A program made the position numbers and the translations under genes. A stretch of 24,000 nt of DNA from an uncultured Gammaproteobacteria bacterium (GTDB lineage Bacteria > Pseudomonadota > Gammaproteobacteria > GCA-001735895). The notes below the pieces were generated by a model. It worked only from the letters and a program-made list of their open reading frames with translations, was not told the DNA's origin and ran no database searches. Where the stretch lies: assembly GCA_947259305.1 (NCBI GenBank), contig CAMYML010000017.1:77-24076 (forward strand), read 5' to 3'. Every line of letters starts with the position of its first letter. The first letter of the stretch is position 1. Below are positions 1 to 7,796 of this stretch, one piece after another.

Positions 1-68
1 GACCGCGGGATTCCTTTTGTCAAGACTGGCTGTCCAAAACCGCTGCAAACGGAAACGCGGGAGAATAT

Positions 69-1034
69 ATGCGTGCCTGGAAATGTGTGACATGGGGTGG
101 GCCCAGCCAACTGGAACTCGGCAATATGCCGGATCCGGAACCTGGTGAGGGTCAGGTAGAAATTACAGTCAAAGCCTGCGGGGTGAATTTTGCCGACTTG
201 CTGTTGATTTCGGGTCGCTACACGGTGCGTCCCGAGCTTCCCTTTGTGCCGGGCACGGAAGTCGCCGGCCGAATCACCCGGGTCGGCCCGGGCGTCGAGG
301 CATTCAAAGTCGGTGCCAAGGTAGCCGCTTTTGTGAAACACGGCGGATATGCCGACAAGGTGGTTGCCCCACTTCCCCAGGTCATCTCCATTGCGGAATC
401 GATCCCGGCCCCGGAAGCTGCCGCCTTCCCGGTTTCTTACGGGTCGGCCGAACTGGCGCTAGAGCGGGCGGGGCTGGCCGCGGGCGAAGTCGTTGTCATC
501 GGTGGTGCTGCCGGGGCAGTGGGCACCGCCTGTATAGAACTGGCCAAGCAACGCGATGCGATCGTGGTTGCCTGTGTCGGCGATAGCGCCAAGGAGAAGG
601 TTGCACTCGCCTGTGGCGCGGATCATATCGTTTCATCGCGCTCGCGCCATCTTCACAGAGATATTCAAGATGTGGTCACGGCAGGGGTCGATGTGATTAT
701 CGATCCGATTGGTGGCGGCTTTTTCGAAGAGTCGCTGCGTGTCCTGCGTTATGCTGGTCGGGTAGTCGTGCTCGGGTTCGCCTCCGGAAAAATCCCCTCG
801 TTGCGACTGAACCAGCTACTCGTCAAACACCAGAGCATCATCGGTTCGTCCCTCGGGCTCACCTGCGTCAAAAATCCAGAACTGATGTCTACAAAATGGT
901 CGCGGCTGGCTGAGATGCTGGAGGCGGGGCAGATTCGCCCCAGGATCAGTCATACCCGGCCGTTTACCGACCTGCCGGCGGCCTTACAGATGCTCAAGGA
1001 CCGCAAGGTAGCGGGGCGAATTGTATTGAGCTGA
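69..1034 (+). CDS. NADPH:quinone oxidoreductase-like, zinc-type alcohol dehydrogenase (MDR) superfamily
   Basis: 321-aa ORF with a GroES-like N-terminal domain (GVNFADLL, PFVPGTEVAGRI) and a Rossmann-type GGAAGAVG motif. GGGAGA RBS lies upstream of the ATG. Confidence 0.85.
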   Translation: MRAWKCVTWGGPSQLELGNMPDPEPGEGQVEITVKACGVNFADLLLISGRYTVRPELPFVPGTEVAGRITRVGPGVEAFKVGAKVAAFVKHGGYADKVVAPLPQVISIAESIPAPEAAAFPVSYGSAELALERAGLAAGEVVVIGGAAGAVGTACIELAKQRDAIVVACVGDSAKEKVALACGADHIVSSRSRHLHRDIQDVVTAGVDVIIDPIGGGFFEESLRVLRYAGRVVVLGFASGKIPSLRLNQLLVKHQSIIGSSLGLTCVKNPELMSTKWSRLAEMLEAGQIRPRISHTRPFTDLPAALQMLKDRKVAGRIVLS

Positions 1035-1091
1035 CCGGCGGGCTCGAAACGAGCTGCAGCGACAAGGCATAGTTAGAATTCGTCCGCGGCG

Positions 1092-2177
1092 TTACTTGAT
1101 CGGCATATACAATGCGGTGACGATCTGGTTGCTGTTCCTCACATCGCCGGGAGCGGTATGGTAAATCTCGAGCGCAGGGCGTGATTTGTCGAGTTTGATC
1201 CGCTGCATGCGACAGTGACAGGACAGCGCGTACCAGCCGAGGGGAATAAAGCCGTGGTCACCCTGCAGTGTCATGTGGAAGTAAGACCCGCCTTTAAACC
1301 CGCGTCGCGTGTAATTCGATTGCGGTGCGCTGTCGCTGATCGGGATGGCGATTTCTGTCTGGTAATCCGATGCCAGCGGGTCGAACTGGTGATATAGCGT
1401 TAGCGCCAGCCCGGTGTTGCCAGCCGCGGCCGCGGTCAGGGTTTCGATGGCCGGCTGGCGGGCAGCTTCGAGCTGCCGCAGGTTGCCATTGCAGGGAATC
1501 GACCAGTAGCTGAAATCCTCCAGCAGCTGTGCGCCGACGAAGCTAATCGCCGGGTGCGCCGCCGCATTGTTCATGTAACCGTTGAACAGCGCCAGTCCAA
1601 GTTCATAATCGCGTCCGATCGTCGGTTCCATGCGCCGGGCCATGAAACGAAACAAAAACGGCATACTGCCCGCCATTTCCCAGCTCACCAGCGTCCGTTC
1701 CCCACGGTTTTCGAATTTCCAGCTGATTTGATTGACGGACTTAAACGGCCGCTTGAACTCGATCTGCTGGTCGATACTGCTGTGTGGCGTTATCTTGACG
1801 TGGCTCACCTTGCCGGCGCCGACCGTCTTGCCATCCCAGGTATAGTATCCCTCCTCCTGCTGATAATCGTTGCTGTAGACAATAGCGGTATCCGGCTCGT
1901 GTATTAACCAGGGGCTCCACTGCGGCCAGGATTTGAAATCGACGATTGCGGCAAACACGGCCTCTGCCGGCGCCTCGATTTCAAGGCTGCGGCTGACGCG
2001 AAAACGCCCGTCCAGGGTGGCCAGATAAATCGCCAGGGCCAGCGGTATCGCTATAACCAAAAGAAGAATTACCCAGATGACTCGGCACCTCTTTTTTCGA
2101 TTTGTTGCACGCTGCGCGAATGTATCAACCACAGGAACAGGGCAGCCGAAATTCCGCCCGAACTGAACACCATGCAC
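1092..2177 (-). CDS. Membrane-anchored SRPBCC (START/polyketide-cyclase-like) domain fused to a GyrI-like small-molecule-binding domain
   Basis: 361-aa ORF. A basic stretch plus TM helix (RKKRCRVIWVILLLVIAIPLALAIYL) is followed by an SRPBCC-like region (FKSWPQWSPW) and a C-terminal GyrI-like region (ALEIYHTAPGD...). Start is uncertain: GTG at 2177 or GTG at 2132, neither with an SD. Either start overlaps the upstream gene by at least 64 nt. Confidence 0.6.
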   Translation of the reverse strand: MHGVQFGRNFGCPVPVVDTFAQRATNRKKRCRVIWVILLLVIAIPLALAIYLATLDGRFRVSRSLEIEAPAEAVFAAIVDFKSWPQWSPWLIHEPDTAIVYSNDYQQEEGYYTWDGKTVGAGKVSHVKITPHSSIDQQIEFKRPFKSVNQISWKFENRGERTLVSWEMAGSMPFLFRFMARRMEPTIGRDYELGLALFNGYMNNAAAHPAISFVGAQLLEDFSYWSIPCNGNLRQLEAARQPAIETLTAAAAGNTGLALTLYHQFDPLASDYQTEIAIPISDSAPQSNYTRRGFKGGSYFHMTLQGDHGFIPLGWYALSCHCRMQRIKLDKSRPALEIYHTAPGDVRNSNQIVTALYMPIK

Positions 2178-2800
2178 ATGACAATTATCTGGTAGCGCGC
2201 GGCGATCAGGGGCGAGGTGCCGGCCAGGATTTGACCCGTCATCATGCCGGGCAGCGATACCAGGCCTACCGCGAGCAGCGAATTTATCAGCGGGATCATG
2301 GCCGCCTGTAAAGCCGTATTCCTGGCGCGCGCGAAATCGTTATGGTGACCTAGCTCGCTGTAGAGTCGCTCACCCGCCAGGCTGACGCTGTTCATCGCGT
2401 TGGAGAAGATCATGCCGGCAAGGGGAATCATAATGGCCGGTTGATACCAGGGATCGGCATGCAATACGCCCTGGGTAATCAGCACCAGATTGAAGATGCC
2501 GCCGCCGGCGATGGCGATCAAACTGTAACTCAGCAAAGTAGAACGTTTCACCGGCAAGGCACCGAGCGCGATCCAGCTGGCCGCAATCAGCATGAAACTC
2601 AGGACTGCGAGAATGATCCATTGGCTATTCGCGTTGAAAATGTAATTCAGCGCGTAACCGATCAGCAACAGCTGGATCAGCATGCGCAGCATGCCAATGC
2701 TTGCCTGTTTAATGCTGTCGGACCAGAAAAAAATGATGACCAGGGTTACCAGCACTGGAATGAATGCCACCGCGATATCAACCAGCGTTATCGCGTACAT
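2069..2800 (-). CDS. UPF0014 / FetB (YbbM)-like ABC-type permease
   Basis: 243-aa polytopic membrane ORF resembling the FetB/YbbM family (PLINSLLAVGLVSLPGMMTGQILAG, RYQIIVMCMVF). No cognate FetA-like ATPase gene is adjacent. Confidence 0.75.
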   Translation of the reverse strand: MYAITLVDIAVAFIPVLVTLVIIFFWSDSIKQASIGMLRMLIQLLLIGYALNYIFNANSQWIILAVLSFMLIAASWIALGALPVKRSTLLSYSLIAIAGGGIFNLVLITQGVLHADPWYQPAIMIPLAGMIFSNAMNSVSLAGERLYSELGHHNDFARARNTALQAAMIPLINSLLAVGLVSLPGMMTGQILAGTSPLIAARYQIIVMCMVFSSGGISAALFLWLIHSRSVQQIEKRGAESSG

Positions 2801-3184
2801 CTAGTGGTAGTCTTCCCAGTACTGGTCGTTGTTCCGATGCGGAATTTCGGGATTCTCACCGTCTTCCCGATGATCGTCGGGATGTTCGATTTGCATATGA
2901 TCGCGTGCATTGTCTTCCAGGTAACAAAAAATGGTGTTGCGTAGCGACATCAGGAATGAATTATCCATCTCGAAATCGAGTTCGCCGAGTAGTTCGATCA
3001 CAAGTTCGAAGGAAAGTACATCCAGTGAGTAGATGATATGCACGCTGTATTCGCTATGCGGGGCGGCCAGCACAATGCCCTCCAGATTGTTGAGTGCTGC
3101 GCAGGCGGCATGTGCCTGCAGGGCCGGGTCGTCGCTCTGCTTGAGATAGATGTGGCGACAACGATAGCGGTCGGCGTCTTCCAT
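2801..3184 (-). CDS. Hypothetical small acidic protein with a His-rich C-terminus
   Basis: 127-aa ORF whose stop codon (2801-2803) directly abuts the permease start codon (2798-2800). The tail HMQIEHPDDHREDGENPEIPHRNNDQYWEDYH is His/Asp/Glu rich. I do not recognise a family. Confidence 0.45.
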   Translation of the reverse strand: MEDADRYRCRHIYLKQSDDPALQAHAACAALNNLEGIVLAAPHSEYSVHIIYSLDVLSFELVIELLGELDFEMDNSFLMSLRNTIFCYLEDNARDHMQIEHPDDHREDGENPEIPHRNNDQYWEDYH

Positions 3185-3271
3185 GCAGAAAGCCTACGCC
3201 CACCCCCCCTGATTATCAAATCTTTCTGGCTGCTGCGCGTCCCGATAGCGGCGTTGGATTTATGCGCGCGA

Positions 3272-3352
3272 CGCTCGCGTACTTGATGTACGCTCACGCC
3301 ATCGCGCATTAATTCGCCTTGCTCTCGGGCCGCTCGAGTACATGGATGTACG
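3272..3352. promoter_or_regulatory. Two ~21-nt direct repeats, each with an internal GTAC-N5/6-GTAC palindrome, upstream of the 3184 operon
   Basis: cgctcgcGTACttgatGTACg (3272-3292) and cgctcgaGTACatggatGTACg (3331-3352). They match at 18 of 21 positions plus one indel. Confidence 0.35.
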
Positions 3353-3604
3353 AGTGCCGGTCGCGCCGGAAGCGCGAACCGGCCTCCGACGCCAGAAAGC
3401 TCCTAGTTAAAGGGTAAAAACGCTTGTATCGGCAAAACTTCCGACGGCAAGGGTGATCCCAGAGTTGCAGAAAATCTGACGTAGCAATTTTTAGGCATCC
3501 CGATGCCTGAGCTGGAATCCTACAATCAGCGTATGATTTCATGGCCCCAGAAAAGCCGGACAGGGTTAGCGCTTATACGGTTTCCTGGGTGACGCTTAAC
3601 GGCG

Positions 3605-4453
3605 TTACTTGCTGATGAGACGGGCGATGGTGGTGCGCGGCAGGTTGTTATGGTCGGATTCGCAGCGAATTTCGGTGAAGCCGTGGGATTGAAGCAGGTC
3701 GGCCACCGCGGCTTCCTGGTCGTAACCGTGTTCCAGGATCAGGATGCCACCCGTTGTCAGGTGGTCCGGCGCCTTAGCGATGATTACCTCGAGCGCTTCC
3801 AGGCCGCTGCTGCCGGGTGTTAACGCTATCGCCGGTTCGGCTGGGAGATCGCCCTGCAAGAGAAACGGGTGATCGCCGGCAATGTAAGGCGGGTTCGAGA
3901 CGATCAGGTCGAAATTTGAATCGGAGGGAAGATTTTCATACCAGTCGGATTCGATGAAATTGATGTCAACCTGGTGCAGCTGCGCGTTGTCGCGCGCCAG
4001 CGCGAGGCAGCCCGGGTCGACATCGGTTGCGCAAACGGTTGTCAGTGGCCGTTGTTTCTTCAAGGTGATGGCAATGATTCCGCTACCCGTGCCGAGATCG
4101 CATACGCGCAGCGGCCGATCGATGGGTATTTGCCGTAATGCGAGTTCAACCAGTAACTCGGTTTCGGGTCTTGGCACCAGTGCCGCCGACGTTGTTGCAT
4201 ATTCCATCGAAAAGAATTCGCGCTTCCCCAGCAGGTAGGCAATCGGCATCGGCTGCAAACGTTGTCGCACCAGGCTCTGGAAGCGTTGCCAGCAGGATTC
4301 GCTGAGCTCCTGTTCGGGCCAGCTGTAAAGATAACTGCGCGGTTTGTCGAGGCAGTGGGACAGCAGCAGTTCGGCATCGAGGCGCGCGCTTTCGCTACAG
4401 GTCTCGATACGCTGCGTAGCCCAGCGGATCGCGCTGTCGATTTGTTCACACAT
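3605..4453 (-). CDS. prmC: Release-factor glutamine N5-methyltransferase
   Basis: 282-aa ORF with an SAM-binding DLGTGSG motif and the NPPY catalytic motif (VSNPPYI). Located downstream of prfA. Confidence 0.92.
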   Translation of the reverse strand: MCEQIDSAIRWATQRIETCSESARLDAELLLSHCLDKPRSYLYSWPEQELSESCWQRFQSLVRQRLQPMPIAYLLGKREFFSMEYATTSAALVPRPETELLVELALRQIPIDRPLRVCDLGTGSGIIAITLKKQRPLTTVCATDVDPGCLALARDNAQLHQVDINFIESDWYENLPSDSNFDLIVSNPPYIAGDHPFLLQGDLPAEPAIALTPGSSGLEALEVIIAKAPDHLTTGGILILEHGYDQEAAVADLLQSHGFTEIRCESDHNNLPRTTIARLISK

Positions 4454-4513
4454 ACACTATGAACTGGTTCACTATGGAAATACGGGATCTCGCCTATATA
4501 TAGCTATTGTGTA

Positions 4514-4577
4514 CATCAATACCTCCTCCCCCCGAAATATTGATGATATCACGTGGCCAGGGACGGCCTCTTTTTTT
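4514..4577 (+). ncRNA. Candidate small RNA: C-rich-loop hairpin plus a weak hairpin with a U7 tract
   Basis: 8-bp stem CATCAATA/TATTGATG (4514-4521 / 4538-4545) with the 16-nt loop CCTCCTCCCCCCGAAA. It is followed by GGCC-agggac-GGCC (4555-4568) and TCTTTTTTT (4569-4577). I could not identify a promoter. Confidence 0.3.
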
Positions 4578-4608
4578 CTGCACTCACCGCACAGCAATAG
4601 CCGCGTTG

Positions 4609-4667
4609 AAAATTTATCGAAAGCGCTCGCATACGTTATGTATTGCTCACGCTATTCGATAAATTTT
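4609..4667. repeat. Perfect 13-bp inverted repeat with a 33-nt spacer
   Basis: AAAATTTATCGAA (4609-4621) and TTCGATAAATTTT (4655-4667). Confidence 0.5.
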
Positions 4668-4716
4668 GCCTTGCACTTGCCCCGCTGGTGGGCGCAGAAA
4701 CCTCCCGCCCCAAGTC

Positions 4717-4736
4717 ATTCCCGCGAAAGCGGGAAT
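4717..4736. repeat. REP/dRS3-like palindrome ATTCCCGC-GAAA-GCGGGAAT
   Basis: 8-bp perfect stem with a GAAA loop. It matches the ATTCCC-N8-GGGAAT pattern known from Neisseria dRS3-type repeats. Only one copy occurs in this window. Confidence 0.5.
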
Positions 4737-4826
4737 CTTGTAATGGGGTTGCTGTCGCAGGATACCTGTTATACCCGGCAGCGAAGGTCGCGTGGTTTCC
4801 GTTTCGGCCTGCGGTTAATATTTTCG

Positions 4827-5279
4827 TTATTCGGGCGCCATGCCCTTGTCGGCCAGCTCTGTGATCGCGTCGGTGGTTTTTTCCAGCCCGCCGAGACCCA
4901 TCCCACGCAGTACGTGGGGGGCCTTGGTAAACTGTATTGACTCATAGTCAATAATTTCGATTCGATTTCCCCAGGGGTCGAGAAAATCCATGAATGGACC
5001 TGGCAGCAGGGAGACGCCCATGGAATCCAGGGACTGGGCCACCAGCTCGCGGTCAGTAACGACCAGTCCGAAATGGCGCGCGTCGTCTGCGGCCTGCTTT
5101 CGACCCGTGGAAAAGTTCATGAACTGATCGCCCAGATCGATAAACGCCATGTCTTCGCTGCGTCCGCGCAATTCAAACTCGATAAAGCCAGCGTAAAACT
5201 CGAGCGCCTGGTCGATATTGCCGACTTCCAGAGCCACGTGATTGATGCCGATAGCGCGCGCTTTTTGTGATCCTGACAT
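4827..5279 (-). CDS. VOC family (glyoxalase / bleomycin-resistance / dioxygenase fold) protein
   Basis: 150-aa ORF with INHVALEVGNIDQALEFY and DPWGNRIEI, typical of VOC-fold proteins. Confidence 0.8.
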   Translation of the reverse strand: MSGSQKARAIGINHVALEVGNIDQALEFYAGFIEFELRGRSEDMAFIDLGDQFMNFSTGRKQAADDARHFGLVVTDRELVAQSLDSMGVSLLPGPFMDFLDPWGNRIEIIDYESIQFTKAPHVLRGMGLGGLEKTTDAITELADKGMAPE

Positions 5280-5296
5280 GTGCTTTAGCCTCCGGG

Positions 5297-6397
5297 TTAG
5301 TTCAGTCCGCGATCGTCTTCACTCAGGCTGGCGAGTAGTTCGGCCTGGTATTCATGCATTAGCGGGTCGACCACCTGGGCGAGGTTGCCCTGCATGATTT
5401 CATCGAGTTTATACAGGGTCAGATTGATACGGTGGTCGGTCATTCGTCCCTGCGGAAAGTTATAGGTGCGGATGCGTTCCGACCGGTCGCCACCACCCAC
5501 CAACGATTTGCGCTCGGCGGCCTGCTCGGCGTCCTGCTTCTGTTTCTCGGCGTCGTAAATCCGTGCCTGCAGTAGCGACATCGCACGCGCCTTGTTTTTA
5601 TGCTGCGAGCGTTCGTCCTGGCATTCGACCACGGTGCCGGTCGGCAGGTGCGTCAAGCGGATCGCCGAGTCGGTCTTGTTGACATGCTGGCCGCCGGCGC
5701 CGGAGGCGCGAAAGGTGTCGATACGCAAATCGGCCGGATTGATTTCGATCATCTGCACTTCCTCGCTTTCCGGAATGATCGCCACGGTTGCGGCCGAGGT
5801 ATGCACACGACCCTGCGATTCGGTTTCCGGCACGCGCTGCACGCGGTGGGCGCCGGATTCGAATTTCAGCTGCGAATAAGCGCCATTGCCGATGATGCGA
5901 GCGATGATTTCCTTGTATCCGCCATGTTCACCCTCGCTACTGTTGAGTACCTCGAGTTGCCACTTTTTTGCTTCCGCGTAACGGCTGTACATGCGGAACA
6001 GATCGCCGGCGAAAATAGCGGCTTCGTCGCCACCGGTGCCGGCACGAATCTCGAGGAAAACGTTCGCGCTGTCGTTCGGATCCTTCGGCAGCAACAATTT
6101 CTGCAACTCGATTTCGAGTGCTTCGATCTTTGCGCTGTTGTCGGCAATTTCCTCCTCGGCCAGCTCGCGCATTTCGGCGTCGTCCTCGTCGAGCATTTCA
6201 CGCGCGGATTCGAGCGCCTGATGCGCCTGCCGAAATGCGCTGAAGTTTCTCACCAGGTCCTCGAGCTGCGCGTATTCCACCGACAGGTTGCGAAAACGAT
6301 CCTGGTCATTGATCACCTCGATATCGGACAGCAATCCGGCAATTTCTTCGTGGCGTGCGCACAGCGCTTCCAGCTTGTTAAGCAGTGATTCTTTCAT
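5297..6397 (-). CDS. prfA: Peptide chain release factor 1
   Basis: 366-aa ORF with the GGQ motif ([14 protein letters not shown]) and a PxT-type region ([11 protein letters not shown]). Confidence 0.97.
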   Translation of the reverse strand: MKESLLNKLEALCARHEEIAGLLSDIEVINDQDRFRNLSVEYAQLEDLVRNFSAFRQAHQALESAREMLDEDDAEMRELAEEEIADNSAKIEALEIELQKLLLPKDPNDSANVFLEIRAGTGGDEAAIFAGDLFRMYSRYAEAKKWQLEVLNSSEGEHGGYKEIIARIIGNGAYSQLKFESGAHRVQRVPETESQGRVHTSAATVAIIPESEEVQMIEINPADLRIDTFRASGAGGQHVNKTDSAIRLTHLPTGTVVECQDERSQHKNKARAMSLLQARIYDAEKQKQDAEQAAERKSLVGGGDRSERIRTYNFPQGRMTDHRINLTLYKLDEIMQGNLAQVVDPLMHEYQAELLASLSEDDRGLN

Positions 6398-6400
6398 AGG

Positions 6401-7657
6401 TTAATGCGAGTCAGGGGTGATCAGCGACTTGAGTAAGCGGACGCGTTCTTCATCTTCGCTTTGCAGCGCCTTGCGCATTTCAATCGTGGGTTTGTGCATG
6501 AGTTTGTTGGTGATTTCGTTAGCGAGGCGAGTCATCGCCTGTTCCGGATCGGAGTTGTTTTTAATCTGTGCCAGCGCTTTTTCCAGCGCCTGCTGTTTGA
6601 TCAATTCGGCGCCGTCCCGTAGCTGGCGAATCTGATCGGCCGACTGGTGGGTGCGCAACCACTGGTCAAAGGCGGTGACTTCGAGGTTAATAATTTCCTG
6701 GGCCGCTTCGGCGGCAAGTTCGCGCCCGCGCAGATTTTCATCGACCACGGATTTCAGGTCGTCGACGGTATAAAGATAAATATCCTGCAGGTCGCCGACC
6801 TCGGATTCGATGTCGCGCGGCACCGCCAGATCGACCATAAAAATGGGTCGGTGCCTGCGTTGCTTCAATGCCGATTCCGTTGCGCCCTTGCCGAGAATCG
6901 GCAGTTGGCTCGCGGTCGACGAAATTACGATATCGGCGCGCGCCAGTTGTTCCGGCACGGCATTGATCTGCACCGCATCGGCGCCGATCTGATCGGCTAG
7001 CAACCTGGCTCGATCGATGCTGCGATTGGCGATTGTCATCGAGCCGATTTGCTGGCTCTTCAAATGCCGCGATACCAGCTCGATGGTTTCTCCGGCGCCA
7101 ATTAAAAGCGCGTGCAGTTGATTGAGATTGCCGAAAATCTGCTTCGACAGGTTGACCGCGGCAAAGGCGACCGAAACCGGATTGGAACCGATCTCGGTAT
7201 CGGTGCGTACCCGCTTGGCGACGCTGAAGGAGTGTTGAAACAATCGATCGAGAATCGAATTGACGGTATTGCCACCCCGCGCCTGATCGTAGGAATCCTT
7301 CAGCTGACCGAGAATCTGCGGTTCGCCGAGCACCATCGAATCGAGTCCGGACGCCACGCGGAACAGGTGGCGCGCGACTTCCTGGTCGCTGTGCTGGTAG
7401 ATATAGGGGGACAAACCGTTATCGTTAATGCCGTGATGCGAGGTTAACCAGTGGGTAATGACTTCGCTGCAATCCGACGAGGCGTCGCAATATATCTCGG
7501 TGCGGTTGCAGGTCGAGACGATAACTGATTCGTTGATCGCCGGGATATCCTGCAGCTCATGCAACGCCCGGCTCATCTGCTCGGGCGCGAACGCGACTTT
7601 TTCGCGAATATCGACCGGAGCGGTTAAATGATTGATGCCAAGGGACAATAAGGCCAT
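6401..7657 (-). CDS. hemA: Glutamyl-tRNA reductase
   Basis: 418-aa ORF. The N-terminus MALLSLGINHLTAPVDIREKVAF and the STCNRTEIY active-site region match HemA. Located directly upstream of prfA. Confidence 0.96.
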   Translation of the reverse strand: MALLSLGINHLTAPVDIREKVAFAPEQMSRALHELQDIPAINESVIVSTCNRTEIYCDASSDCSEVITHWLTSHHGINDNGLSPYIYQHSDQEVARHLFRVASGLDSMVLGEPQILGQLKDSYDQARGGNTVNSILDRLFQHSFSVAKRVRTDTEIGSNPVSVAFAAVNLSKQIFGNLNQLHALLIGAGETIELVSRHLKSQQIGSMTIANRSIDRARLLADQIGADAVQINAVPEQLARADIVISSTASQLPILGKGATESALKQRRHRPIFMVDLAVPRDIESEVGDLQDIYLYTVDDLKSVVDENLRGRELAAEAAQEIINLEVTAFDQWLRTHQSADQIRQLRDGAELIKQQALEKALAQIKNNSDPEQAMTRLANEITNKLMHKPTIEMRKALQSEDEERVRLLKSLITPDSH

Positions 7658-7796
7658 GATTCAGGGAAGGTGTGGTGCCAACCGGAGATTTTCGGGTATA
7701 AACCTGCCAAATACAACATCCATGGAACAAATCAGGCTAAATACAATCCTACATCGAGATGCTACACTCTATAAATTCAGTATTACGGAGACGATC

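Noticed and set aside
3309-3542. 77-aa minus-strand ORF and overlapping ORFs in the 420-bp spacer downstream of prmC
   Set aside because: The translation is Cys/Arg-rich and implausible, with no RBS or domain. I treat the region as intergenic and regulatory.
5600-6388. 262-aa plus-strand ORF (and others at 5592-5879, 5991-6221) inside prfA
   Set aside because: It is antisense to a release-factor gene with unmistakable motifs. The low-complexity Ala/Gly/Arg-rich translation is typical of shadow ORFs in GC-rich coding DNA.
7632-7796. Upstream extension of the TPR ORF overlapping the hemA start
   Set aside because: A lipoprotein signal peptide needs a start about 20 residues before the Cys. 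TTG 7797 with an upstream GGAG fits, and the extension would bury the signal peptide.
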